Origin: Thalassolituus maritimus
GTDB lineage: Bacteria; Pseudomonadota; Gammaproteobacteria; Pseudomonadales; Oceanobacteraceae
Assembly: GCF_040372045.1 (NCBI RefSeq)
Contig: NZ_BAABWH010000002.1
DNA: 32,000 nt
Strand: one strand, 5' to 3'
Position numbers and translations under genes: made by a program. Position 1 is the first letter of the stretch. Each line of letters opens with the position of its first letter. The notes beneath the pieces are model-generated. The model was not told where the DNA came from, did not search any database, and worked only from the letters and a program-made list of their open reading frames with translations. This document shows, in pieces, positions 1 through 9,254 of this stretch.

Positions 1-446
1 GTCAGCAGGATATGTACTGGCATATTCGCCTCCGCCGCCCAATCCAGCATGGCGTTGTCGAAATCCTTCAGGGGATGGCGAATATCCATCAGCAGCACAA
101 GCCCGCACAACGCCTGACGACGGTTCAGGTAAGTTTCGAGCTCTTTTTGCCACTCATTCTTCTTATCCACCGGGACTTTCGCGTAGCCATATCCGGGTAA
201 GTCGACGAGCGCGAGCTTGGTTTCACCTAAGCGGAAAAAGTTAATAAGTTGCGTCCGGCCGGGTGTTTTACTGGTTCTGGCCAGCTTTTTCTGCCCGGTC
301 AGGGTGTTCAGTGCGCTAGACTTACCCGCGTTGGAACGCCCTGCAAATGCCACCTCACGAATGATGTCCGTCGGGCACTGGCTCAATTTGGCAGCACTCT
401 TTTCGAATGCAGCATTGGTGTAAGTCAAAGGTAAGTGCTCGGACAT
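1..446 (-). CDS. engB: Ribosome biogenesis GTP-binding protein YihA/YsxC/EngB, partial (C-terminus runs off the window edge)
   Basis: Reverse-strand translation starts [71 protein letters not shown], with a Walker A/G1 motif (GRSNAGKS) and a [10 protein letters not shown] segment typical of EngB. Not in the ORF track because it is truncated. Confidence 0.93.
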   Translation of the reverse strand, partial: MSEHLPLTYTNAAFEKSAAKLSQCPTDIIREVAFAGRSNAGKSSALNTLTGQKKLARTSKTPGRTQLINFFRLGETKLALVDLPGYGYAKVPVDKKNEWQKELETYLNRRQALCGLVLLMDIRHPLKDFDNAMLDWAAEANMPVHILL

Positions 447-555
447 AGGTATCGTTCGTCGTTGGTTGCGGCAGATGGTTTATACTGATGCGACATCAGA
501 TGCTGGGGATTCTATCATGAGCCAGAGCACCTCTGAGATAACAATGAGAGAGACG

Positions 556-885
556 ATGATGAAATACATAAACTCTTTAAAGGCTGCATGCCTTTTTGCC
601 AGCCTCTCCTCGGGCGTTGTTGCTGGGGCTAATGCATCTGATTTTGACGTGGAACGCAAATATGCGCGGACCTGTGCCGCATGTCATGTTTCAGGCATGG
701 CCGGTGCGCCTATCGCGTTTAACCAGCAGTCCTGGGCACCCGCAATGAATAAAGGCATGGAAACATTGGTCGCCAATGCGATTAATGGTATCAATGCCAT
801 GCCGCCCGGTGGTCTGTGCATGGACTGTACTCCTGAGCAGTTTGAAGCCTTAATACGCTATATGGCCGCTCCGAAAGCCAAGTAA
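556..885 (+). CDS. c-type cytochrome, cytochrome c5-like, exported
   Basis: Signal peptide MMKYINSLKAACLFASLSSGVVAGANA, haem motif CAACH, then MPPGG and CMDC. Start chosen at MMKYIN (GAGAGAG upstream); the track ORF begins at 466. Confidence 0.85.
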   Translation: MMKYINSLKAACLFASLSSGVVAGANASDFDVERKYARTCAACHVSGMAGAPIAFNQQSWAPAMNKGMETLVANAINGINAMPPGGLCMDCTPEQFEALIRYMAAPKAK

Positions 886-999
886 TTCTGGCAGATACAG
901 AAGCTGATCACGTATTGACAGAGCTTTGCACTGACGCGGTAGCCGCTGGTGCTCTTTATGGGCAAAATAAAATTAAAATCACTACTACTGGGAGCAACA

Positions 1000-1629
1000 A
1001 TGCTTTCTTCACTTAAGAAATGGATGACTGCTGGTCTTGTCATGATGGCCTCTATCGCCTCGGCAGCGGAATACGAAGCGGGTAAACACTACAAGGTTCT
1101 CGAGAAAGCGGTCCCTGTCATGCAGGATGGTCAGATTCACGTAGAAGAAGCCTTTTGGTACGGCTGCTCTCATTGTTACAGCCTTGAGTCTGTCATCGTT
1201 CCATGGAAGAAAACTCTGGCTAAAGACGTCACCTTCTCACGCGTTCCGGCTATGTTCGGTCGCGCTTGGGTAGTACATGCTCAGCTTTACTACACAGCAG
1301 ATGCGCTGGGTGTACTTGAGCAGGTTCACGGAGATATCTTCAACGCCATTCACCTGCAGAAACTGCGTCTGGTCGACAAGAACGAGCAGCGTGACTTCCT
1401 CATGACTAAAGCTGGCGTAAGCGCTGAAGAGTTTGATAAGGCTTACGAGTCGTTCGCTGTTCGTTCAAAAATGACTCGCGGCGACAAGCGAGTCCGCGCA
1501 TTTGAAATCAGTGGCGTTCCAACTCTGATCGTTAATGGGCAGTACGTCGTCGATGCCAGCTCTGCGGGCAGTCAGGCTGAAATGGTCAACGTCGTTAATT
1601 ATCTGATTGAGCAAGAACGAGCACGTTAA
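1000..1629 (+). CDS. dsbA: Thiol:disulfide interchange protein DsbA
   Basis: Signal peptide, EEAFWYGCSHCYSLE active site (CSHC), cis-Pro region GVPTLIVNGQYVV. Start at MLSSLKKW with GGGAG upstream; the track ORF begins at 949. Confidence 0.92.
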   Translation: MLSSLKKWMTAGLVMMASIASAAEYEAGKHYKVLEKAVPVMQDGQIHVEEAFWYGCSHCYSLESVIVPWKKTLAKDVTFSRVPAMFGRAWVVHAQLYYTADALGVLEQVHGDIFNAIHLQKLRLVDKNEQRDFLMTKAGVSAEEFDKAYESFAVRSKMTRGDKRVRAFEISGVPTLIVNGQYVVDASSAGSQAEMVNVVNYLIEQERAR

Positions 1630-1634
1630 GCAAC

Positions 1635-2414
1635 GTGGCTGAGCTCTGCTCATTGCGGGCGTTTACGGAGCTGCCCTGCACTCCGGACCGCCTGCGGCTT
1701 CTCTCCTTCAACATGCAGGTCGGTATCCAGACCGGTGGCTATCACCACTACCTGCTACGAAGTTGGCAACACCTCCTTCCTTTTCGTGCACGTGCACATG
1801 CTCTGAGCAGCATCGCTGAACTGGCTCGCCCCTTCGATCTTGTCGCCTTACAAGAGGCCGACGGCGGCAGTTGGCGTAGTAGTCGGAAGAATCAGGTTGA
1901 ACATATCGCTCACCTCGCTGAGTTTGAGCATTGGTATCATCAGATCAACCGAAACCTCGGGCGTATCGCACAACACGCTAATGGTGTGCTGTGCCGGCAG
2001 AAGGCCTTCCAGGTAGAACGACATCCACTTCCCGGCTTGCCCGGACGAGGGATGATGATTCTCCGCTACGGCGACCGCGATGACCCTCTGGTCGTCGCAG
2101 TCACGCACCTCGCCTTGCGCAAACAAACGCAGTTCAGCCAGATTCGCTATCTGGTGGACCTGCTCGCAGACGCCAAACGGGTGGTGATTATGGGTGACCT
2201 GAATCAGGAGAGCGAATGGCTGCTGCGTCAGAGTCCTCTCAGGCACCTCAACCTCCATCCCATCGCTGACGAACTCCCAACATATCCAAGTTGGCAACCC
2301 GCACGAGGGATCGACCATATTCTGGTCAGTGATTCTATTCCCCTCCACCGTATCGCTGTGATTGATCACCCCCTGTCGGACCATTTGCCCGTCGCAGCCG
2401 AAATTGGCGTATAA
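1635..2414 (+). CDS. Endonuclease/exonuclease/phosphatase (EEP) family protein
   Basis: EEP motifs in order: FDLVALQEADGG, VTHLAL, VIMGDLNQ, GIDHILVSD, LSDHLPVAAEI. GTG start. Confidence 0.85.
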   Translation: MAELCSLRAFTELPCTPDRLRLLSFNMQVGIQTGGYHHYLLRSWQHLLPFRARAHALSSIAELARPFDLVALQEADGGSWRSSRKNQVEHIAHLAEFEHWYHQINRNLGRIAQHANGVLCRQKAFQVERHPLPGLPGRGMMILRYGDRDDPLVVAVTHLALRKQTQFSQIRYLVDLLADAKRVVIMGDLNQESEWLLRQSPLRHLNLHPIADELPTYPSWQPARGIDHILVSDSIPLHRIAVIDHPLSDHLPVAAEIGV

Positions 2415-2497
2415 CAACCGTTCCTGACACCGCACTCTGGCAATTCGCGACTATACTTTGGTCATAACCTATCCGAGCATTGTCCTTAGGAAGTAGC

Positions 2498-4267
2498 ATG
2501 GCGGCAGCAAAGCAGGGACCCTCCGAGCAGCAATGGAGGGATAAGTACCTGTCCCTCAATGAAAAGTATGACAAGCTGAAACTCCAGGTCGGCACACGCA
2601 ATGAGCAGTTGCGACGAGGCTTGGTGTTGGTATCGTTACTGTCAGAAGGCCAGTCCTCTTCCCTTGATTCCACTCTGCATGCACTGCGCGAAGCCATGCG
2701 CGGCTCAACCGGTGACCTGAATAAGAGTATCGGCGCACTGGATAAGCAGGTCCGTAGCTTTGAGGTCAGCCACGAGAGTGACTCGGCGTCGCTTGCTCAG
2801 CAAATCAGTCTTATGGCGGAAAAACTCTGCCACTGCCAGATCCCAAAACCGCTCGTCAATGAAATCCGTGAATTGCGCAAGCAAGCACCAGATGCCCTTA
2901 CCAGCTGGGAAGGCTACGCCGTTCAGCTAAAGGGTTGGGCATCTGTTCTGGATACCTTAGCGGGTCTGGATGAAACGATGGGCGATGAGGGAAAAGGCCC
3001 TTGGTGGCGCAAAATTTTTTCCCGCTCCGACGAGGCAGCAACAACCGCCTCTGAGAAGACAGACGTTGCTGGTGACGTCCCGGCTTCAGATCCAGCCAGC
3101 TCAAATCCAGCCAGCTCAAATCCAGCCAGCATTGAAGCCAAAACCGGTAACACTGCCCCAGACAGCGCCACCCCTGAAGCAAACGCTTCAACTGACACGA
3201 ACACGGATGAGGCCGAACCCGGCTTTTCGACGATAGCAAAAGAAGTCGCCTCGACACTGAACGGACTGATTGCGCGCCTCGTCGTGCCAGAACGCTTGAA
3301 TCAACGCTCGGGAGAACTGCAGAAGCGCCTCAGCGATGGTCTGCACTGGTACGAGTTTGTCAGCATTCTGGAGGACACCTCGCAGTTCCTGCTTGATTGC
3401 CTTGGCTCCGGGCAGGAAGAGTTTGAGCGTTTTTTGCAAAGCCTCGACAAACGCCTGCAGGCTATTCAAACCATGGTATCGGACGCCAACAAAGGCCAGG
3501 CCGACCGCGAGAGCGCCCGTACCAGCCTGGAAACCATGGTGCGCGATCAGATAGACGACATTCGCTCCGTCGTGAACGGACTCGGTAATCTGGGCGAACT
3601 GGGTTCCAGCGTGCGCGACCACCTGACCACCATCGTAAAAGCCATGGAACAATATCAGGAGGCCGAGACACAGCGTGAAGCACGCCTCGCCGAGCAGCTT
3701 GAGGTTTTACAGGCACGCCTCAGCGAAATGGAAGCAGAAGCCTCACAAGCACGACAAATTATTGAAGATCAGAAAAAGCGGGCGACGTTAGATCACCTGA
3801 CCGGCCTGCCGAACAGGGCAGCATACGAAGTACAGCTGGGCGAAGAGCTGATGAAACGCAGCCGTGGTGGGCGATCACTGTCGTTTATCATCTGCGATGT
3901 CGATCACTTCAAAAAGATCAACGACACCTACGGGCATATTGCAGGCGATAAAGTATTACAACTGTTGGCCACAACGCTCAGGAAAAACCTGCGTGGCAGT
4001 GACTTTATCGCTCGTTACGGCGGTGAAGAATTCGTGGTTCTGTTACCGGGCACACCAGCCGATGCTGCAGCGGGTGTCGCCGAAAAACTCCGAGCCAGTA
4101 TTGAAGCCTGCCCTTTCAATTTCCGTGGCCAGCGAGTGACCATTACCATGTCGTTTGGTATCAGTGAATTCCGCGCACTTGAGGCACCGGAAACCGTGTT
4201 TGATCGGGCCGACAAGGCGCTATACAAAGCGAAAGAAGAAGGCCGTAACCGCTGCGTTGTCAGCTAA
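2498..4267 (+). CDS. GGDEF-domain diguanylate cyclase with long coiled-coil-like N-terminal region
   Basis: DHLTGLPNR...ICDVDHFKKINDTYGH...RGSDFIARYGGEEFVVLLPG. RxxD (RGSD) sits five residues upstream of GGEEF, matching a c-di-GMP inhibitory I-site. ATG at 2498 preceded by TTAGGAAG; the track start at 2480 is a TTG. Confidence 0.93.
   Translation: MAAAKQGPSEQQWRDKYLSLNEKYDKLKLQVGTRNEQLRRGLVLVSLLSEGQSSSLDSTLHALREAMRGSTGDLNKSIGALDKQVRSFEVSHESDSASLAQQISLMAEKLCHCQIPKPLVNEIRELRKQAPDALTSWEGYAVQLKGWASVLDTLAGLDETMGDEGKGPWWRKIFSRSDEAATTASEKTDVAGDVPASDPASSNPASSNPASIEAKTGNTAPDSATPEANASTDTNTDEAEPGFSTIAKEVASTLNGLIARLVVPERLNQRSGELQKRLSDGLHWYEFVSILEDTSQFLLDCLGSGQEEFERFLQSLDKRLQAIQTMVSDANKGQADRESARTSLETMVRDQIDDIRSVVNGLGNLGELGSSVRDHLTTIVKAMEQYQEAETQREARLAEQLEVLQARLSEMEAEASQARQIIEDQKKRATLDHLTGLPNRAAYEVQLGEELMKRSRGGRSLSFIICDVDHFKKINDTYGHIAGDKVLQLLATTLRKNLRGSDFIARYGGEEFVVLLPGTPADAAAGVAEKLRASIEACPFNFRGQRVTITMSFGISEFRALEAPETVFDRADKALYKAKEEGRNRCVVS
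3091..3130 (+). repeat. In-frame 15-bp tandem repeat (TCCAGCCAGCTCAAA x2 plus a partial third copy), encoding (NPASS)n
   Basis: tccagccagctcaaa|tccagccagctcaaa|tccagccagc read directly; encodes DPASSNPASSNPASSNPAS. Confidence 0.95.
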
Positions 4268-4346
4268 CGGGGTCTCGCGTGCAACTTTGCCAGTTTTCGG
4301 CGCATCAGATATAGTTCGCCGTTAATATTGTGGGAAGGTTGAAGTC

Positions 4347-6161
4347 ATGTGTGGAATCGTTGGTGCCGTCGCTCAGCGTGATGTTGTAGAGATCCTGCTT
4401 GAAGGCCTCCGTCGCCTTGAGTACCGCGGTTACGACTCCGCAGGGGTCGCTGTCGTCACACAGGAGCACACCCTCCGACGAGTTCGTCGCATGGGCAAGG
4501 TTCAGACGCTCGCTGACGCCATCGCGGAGTCACCCACACCGGGCGGAACCGGCATCGCTCATACACGCTGGGCAACACACGGCGAACCCTCCGAAGATAA
4601 CGCACACCCGCACATGTCGGGCGACATTGCAGTCGTTCATAACGGCATCATAGAAAACCACGAAAAACTGCGCGCCGAACTGCAGGACCAGGGATACACC
4701 TTCACCTCACAGACCGATACTGAAGTGATCGCACACTTGGTTGAACGCGAACTGCGCGACTCATCCAGCCTGCTGAATGCCGTCATGGCCGCTCGCTCCC
4801 TGCTGGAAGGCGCCTATGGCATGGTGGTGATTAACCGCACTGACCCAGAGCGAATGATCGTTGCCCGCTCAGGTTCGCCCCTCGTTATCGGCCATGGCAT
4901 CGGCGAAAACTTCATTGCCTCAGATCAACTGGCATTACTGCCCGTCACCCGCAAGTTCTCGTATCTGGAAGAGGGTGACGTCGCCGAGATTACACGCTCC
5001 GATATTCAGATCTTCGATGCAGGCAACGCGCCCACTACCCGCGAAGTGAAAGAAACTGACGTTGAGCACGACGCCGGAGACAAGGGTCAGTTCCGTCATC
5101 ACATGATGAAGGAAATCTACGAGCAGCCTGTCGCCATCAGCAACACACTGGAAGGCAGACTGGTTGCCGGTAAACTGAATCTGGAATCCCTCGGCGATCT
5201 CAGCCACATTGATCAGGTGCAGATTATCGCCTGTGGCACCAGCTACCATGCAGGTATGACCGCCCGGTACTGGATTGAAGAACTCGCTGGCATTGCCTGT
5301 AATATCGAAATCGCGTCCGAATTCCGCTACCGCAAGTCTGTGGTGCGTCCTAACAGTCTGTTGGTCACTATCTCCCAAAGTGGTGAAACAGCCGACACAC
5401 TTGCGGCTCTCAGACTGGCTAAAGAAATCGGTTACTCACGCTCGCTGACCATCTGTAACGTTCCGGGCTCATCTCTGGTGCGCGAATCAGATATGGCATT
5501 ACTGACCCGTGCTGGGGCAGAAATTGGCGTTGCCTCGACCAAGGCCTTCACCACTCAGTTAGCCGCTTTGATGCTCCTGACTGCCGCACTTGGACGCGCA
5601 AACGGCATGAGCGTTGACACCGAGAAGCGCATTGCTGACGCCCTACTGAAACTGCCTTCCCTTATCGAAAAAGCTCTCGGTATGGACGCCGCCATTGAAG
5701 CTTTGGCGCAACAGTTCGCAGAAAAGCATCATGCCTTGTTCCTGGGCCGTGGCGACCAATATCCCATTGCCATGGAAGGGGCTCTGAAGCTGAAAGAGAT
5801 CAGCTATATCCACGCAGAAGCCTACGCCGCTGGCGAACTGAAACACGGCCCTCTGGCCCTGATCGACGCCGAAATGCCGATCATTGTTGTCGCGCCTAAC
5901 AATGAGCTTATCGAAAAGCTTAAATCGAATATCGAAGAAGTACGGGCTCGTGGTGGGGAATTGTTTGTTTTCGCAGACGAGAAACTGACCATCACGCCGC
6001 AAAGCAATATGCAGGTGATGACCGTGCCACACTGCGATGACATTGTTGCCCCCGTCCTCTACACACTGCCACTGCAACTGCTGAGCTATCACGTTGCCGT
6101 AATCAAAGGCACGGACGTGGATCAGCCACGGAATCTGGCGAAATCAGTAACCGTAGAATAA
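4347..6161 (+). CDS. glmS: Glutamine--fructose-6-phosphate aminotransferase (isomerizing)
   Basis: [36 protein letters not shown] glutaminase start, SIS domains ([55 protein letters not shown]), C-terminus LAKSVTVE. Confidence 0.98.
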   Translation: MCGIVGAVAQRDVVEILLEGLRRLEYRGYDSAGVAVVTQEHTLRRVRRMGKVQTLADAIAESPTPGGTGIAHTRWATHGEPSEDNAHPHMSGDIAVVHNGIIENHEKLRAELQDQGYTFTSQTDTEVIAHLVERELRDSSSLLNAVMAARSLLEGAYGMVVINRTDPERMIVARSGSPLVIGHGIGENFIASDQLALLPVTRKFSYLEEGDVAEITRSDIQIFDAGNAPTTREVKETDVEHDAGDKGQFRHHMMKEIYEQPVAISNTLEGRLVAGKLNLESLGDLSHIDQVQIIACGTSYHAGMTARYWIEELAGIACNIEIASEFRYRKSVVRPNSLLVTISQSGETADTLAALRLAKEIGYSRSLTICNVPGSSLVRESDMALLTRAGAEIGVASTKAFTTQLAALMLLTAALGRANGMSVDTEKRIADALLKLPSLIEKALGMDAAIEALAQQFAEKHHALFLGRGDQYPIAMEGALKLKEISYIHAEAYAAGELKHGPLALIDAEMPIIVVAPNNELIEKLKSNIEEVRARGGELFVFADEKLTITPQSNMQVMTVPHCDDIVAPVLYTLPLQLLSYHVAVIKGTDVDQPRNLAKSVTVE

Positions 6162-6175
6162 TCAGGGACTCCACT

Positions 6176-7069
6176 ATGCGTATCTTCGTTTTCGTTTTTG
6201 CTTTACTTGCAGTGATGCCAACCCACGCGGAAGCCAACACAGAAGATGCTATCCCCGAGCCCGCTATCGAGCTGACTGAGCTGATGGGTACGATTACTCT
6301 CAAGAACGGCGTCTCACCAGAGGTCGCTCTGGTTCTGACCGTCACCAACCCATCGGATACACCATATACGGGGCAGATCGGGTTCGCGGGCGCAGAGACT
6401 GAGTCACTGAGCATTAATGCAGGCGAAGAGCAGGATGTTAGCTTGTCGGTAACCAGCCGCCATGCAGGCAAAGCAGATGCCCTGCAAAAAGCCGAAATTG
6501 ATTTTTCGCTGATACTCGACGATCAGCCAGCGCCGGCCATCGGCAATGTCGATATCGATATTCAGGTTCCGGTAGCGGCCTACCCTCTGGTCCGTTCAGA
6601 ACCGCCGGTTATGCAGAAAAGTGCAGAGGCCGAAGCACAGTATGAATTTTACGCACTATCTCAACAGCTTCAGCCTCTGAAATTCACTTACAATCCGGGC
6701 CCTCATAATCTCGAAGTTCGTAAAACGGTTTACCCGATCCCGATTGAGCCAGGCCCAATCGAAATCAGTATCGAAGTAACGAACCACGGCACAGAAGCGA
6801 CGACTGCACTCGTCCTGAGAGACACACTCGACGATGCCGACTTCGCAGGCAGCGGAAGTGCTTTCACACGTTTTGTCGCTGACGAAGCGACTGATCTGGT
6901 ATGGGAAGCAGAGCTGCCATCTATCGCTCCCGGTGAGAGCCGGTTAATCAGCTATACGGTTTCAGCACGTTATGCGGTCGGTGATAAGCAATTGCCTGCT
7001 ACGACGGTGATCATGAACGATGAGCTGACAGGTCTGAGCAACAAGGTTTGGCTGCCCAAGTGGCACTGA
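6176..7069 (+). CDS. Exported protein of unknown function with a DUF11-like/CARDB-like Ig-fold region
   Basis: Signal peptide MRIFVFVFALLAVMPTHA; two beta-rich modules, including IEISIEVTNHGTEATTALVLRDTLDDADF...LPSIAPGESRLISYTV. Confidence 0.65.
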   Translation: MRIFVFVFALLAVMPTHAEANTEDAIPEPAIELTELMGTITLKNGVSPEVALVLTVTNPSDTPYTGQIGFAGAETESLSINAGEEQDVSLSVTSRHAGKADALQKAEIDFSLILDDQPAPAIGNVDIDIQVPVAAYPLVRSEPPVMQKSAEAEAQYEFYALSQQLQPLKFTYNPGPHNLEVRKTVYPIPIEPGPIEISIEVTNHGTEATTALVLRDTLDDADFAGSGSAFTRFVADEATDLVWEAELPSIAPGESRLISYTVSARYAVGDKQLPATTVIMNDELTGLSNKVWLPKWH

Positions 7070-7152
7070 GAACCGCGTCAGAGAACTCATCAATCCTGCT
7101 CAGCGCGACCGAACTGCAGCCTCTCTGACCTTCAGTTGCGTTTCCAGCAACA

Positions 7153-7493
7153 AAACAGCCCCTCGGAGTTGTCGGTATTGTGACGCCCTGGAACATCCCG
7201 TTCCCTCTGACACTCTCGCCATCCTTAAGACAACGCACTCCGGTGGTATCTGCATCAATGATTCACTAAGCCGCGTTCCGGCGGACGATCTTCCCTTCGG
7301 CGGTATCGGCCCATCAGGCATGGGGCATTACCGAAGCGAGGAAGGTTTCCGCACCTTCTCGAAAGCCAAAGGCGTGATTCGTAAGGGAATAATCGATACG
7401 GCGTCAATGGTTGCTCCACCATGGAATAACCGCATGTTTAAAGGCTTTATATGGTTTATGAAATTCCGTTTCAGACCCGTCAAAGTCGATTGA
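7153..7493 (+). pseudogene. Aldehyde dehydrogenase remnant (coniferyl-aldehyde dehydrogenase-like) with large internal deletion and frame change
   Basis: Frame at 7153: KQPLGVVGIVTPWNIPFPLTLSPS (ALDH N-domain motif). A different frame from 7227: KTTHSGGICINDSLSRVPADDLPFGGIGPSGMGHYRSEEGFRTFSKAKGVIRKGIIDTASMVAPPWNNRMFKGFIWFMKFRFRPVKVD*, the ALDH C-terminus. The central catalytic region is absent. The 5' boundary is uncertain. Confidence 0.88.
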
Positions 7494-7543
7494 TAAAGCC
7501 GGTGCTGAAACCGGGAAACGAGGGGCGGGTCACGGCAAACAAA

Positions 7544-7567
7544 AAAGGAGGCTTATAAGCCTCCTTT
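7544..7567 (-). terminator. Rho-independent terminator of fumC
   Basis: Perfect palindrome AAAGGAGGCTTATAAGCCTCCTTT followed by T-rich tract on the minus strand (CCTTTTTTGTTT). Confidence 0.9.
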
Positions 7568-7597
7568 ATCGATCTGAAACCTGTCTGACGGCCCGGT

Positions 7598-8977
7598 TTA
7601 AAGGCCACCGTGTGTCAGCTTCTCAGGGTTCAGCAGGCGCTCGAGCTCAGTACGGCCGAGGTCTGTCTGCTCGTCGGCAACATCAATGATAGGACGACCT
7701 TCGCGGTAGGCTTGCTTAGCAATTTCAGCGGCTTTCAGATAACCAATGACAGGATTCAGTGCCGTCACCAAAACTGGGTTCTTAGCCAGCGCTTCCTGCA
7801 GTTTCTCTTCTTTCACCACAAAGCTGGCAATGGCTTTATCTGCCAGTAAGCGTGATACATTGGCTATCAAGCCGATACTTTGCAGCAGGTTGTGCGCAAC
7901 CAAAGGCAGCATCACGTTCAGTTCAAAGTTACCCGACTGACCCGCAACATTGATCGCCACGTCATTTCCCATCACCTGAGCCGATACCATCGCGGCCGCC
8001 TCCGGAATAACGGGGTTCACTTTACCCGGCATGATCGAAGAACCTGGCTGTAATGCCTCGAGTTCGATCTCGCCCAGTCCAGCTAATGGACCAGAATTCA
8101 TCCAGCGCAGATCATTGGCGATTTTCATCATGGTAACCGCCTGCGTTTTCAGAATACCCGACACCGCAACAGCGGTATCCTGAGACGCAATGCGGCTGAA
8201 GTAATCTTCCGCTGGACGGAAATTCAGACCCGTTTCTGCATTGAGTACATCACATACCAATGCAGAGAAATCTGGATGGGCATTGATGCCGGTGCCCACA
8301 GCGGTACCGCCCAGCGCCAATGCTTCCAGCGCAGGAAGAGACTGCTCAAGACGCGCAATATTTTCTTCAGTCTGCGTCGCCCAGGCACCCAACCCCTGAC
8401 TCATGCGGATCGGCATCGCATCCATCAGGTGAGTACGACCTGTCTTAATAAAACCATCCACCTCTTCAGCCTTGCTGCGAATACTGGCGGCCAGACAGTT
8501 CAGCGCAGGCAACAGGGCATTTTTAATCTTCAGCGCGGCACTGATGTGGATAACCGATGGAATCACATCGTTACTGCTCTGACCGTAGTTGATGTGGTCG
8601 TTCGGGCTCACCGGCTCACTGGTTTCGCGGCTGGCCAGCGTCGCCAAAACTTCGTTGGCGTTCATGTTCGTGCTGGTACCGGAGCCTGTCTGAAAAACAT
8701 CGACCGGAAAGTGCTGCATCAGATCGTCTTCCGACAACAAACGATCAGCGGCTTTAGTAATGGCCTCACCCGTCTCTGCTGGAATCTGCTCCAACTTCTG
8801 GTTCGCTATGGCAGCCGCTTTTTTCAGGGCGACCAGTGCCCGGATATAAGATTCCGGCATGCGTGTATCACTGACTGGAAAGTTGTTGATCGCACGCTGG
8901 GTTTGAGCGGTATACAAAGCATCAGCGGGAACCTGCAATTCCCCCATGCTGTCTTTTTCTGTACGCATTTCACTCAC
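7598..8977 (-). CDS. fumC: Class II fumarate hydratase
   Basis: MRTEKDSMGELQVPADALYTAQTQRAINNFPVSD...TGSGTSTNMNANEVLA...GSSIMPGKVNPVIPEA (class II fumarase signature); 459 aa. Confidence 0.96.
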   Translation of the reverse strand: MSEMRTEKDSMGELQVPADALYTAQTQRAINNFPVSDTRMPESYIRALVALKKAAAIANQKLEQIPAETGEAITKAADRLLSEDDLMQHFPVDVFQTGSGTSTNMNANEVLATLASRETSEPVSPNDHINYGQSSNDVIPSVIHISAALKIKNALLPALNCLAASIRSKAEEVDGFIKTGRTHLMDAMPIRMSQGLGAWATQTEENIARLEQSLPALEALALGGTAVGTGINAHPDFSALVCDVLNAETGLNFRPAEDYFSRIASQDTAVAVSGILKTQAVTMMKIANDLRWMNSGPLAGLGEIELEALQPGSSIMPGKVNPVIPEAAAMVSAQVMGNDVAINVAGQSGNFELNVMLPLVAHNLLQSIGLIANVSRLLADKAIASFVVKEEKLQEALAKNPVLVTALNPVIGYLKAAEIAKQAYREGRPIIDVADEQTDLGRTELERLLNPEKLTHGGL

Positions 8978-9037
8978 ACGATGTCTCCTTTAGTGATGGA
9001 AAGTACTTATGACTGGCGCGCTATCATGACACAAACA

Positions 9038-9056
9038 CTAATGATTATCATTAGCT
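9038..9056. promoter_or_regulatory. Putative Fur box upstream of fumC
   Basis: ACTAATGATTATCATTAGC matches 15/19 of the consensus GATAATGATAATCATTATC by hand alignment, and lies about 60-80 nt upstream of the fumC start at 8977. Confidence 0.75.
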
Positions 9057-9254
9057 ATTGATTGGTAGCAAATATTCACTCTCCGCGGTCACACAAGCTC
9101 ATACATCGTAACCGCCGAACCCGCCTTCTGTGCCGATTTGTATCTCCCTACCAGTTACGTTCCATACATTACACCTGACAGCTCGGTGAGCCTGTCAGCC
9201 CCCGCATTCCACTGCTTTACTCATAACGTTCTTACTTACCTGATGAGGCTACAC

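Noticed and set aside
1848-2435. 195-aa minus-strand ORF opposite the EEP gene
   Set aside because: The plus-strand frame has all EEP catalytic motifs; the antisense frame has none.
3188-3652. 154-aa minus-strand ORF opposite the diguanylate cyclase
   Set aside because: Shadow ORF inside a GGDEF protein's coiled-coil region.
8276-9061. 261-aa plus-strand ORF opposite fumC
   Set aside because: Antisense shadow ORF of a highly conserved enzyme; its translation has no recognisable family and its length is explained by codon bias in the real gene.
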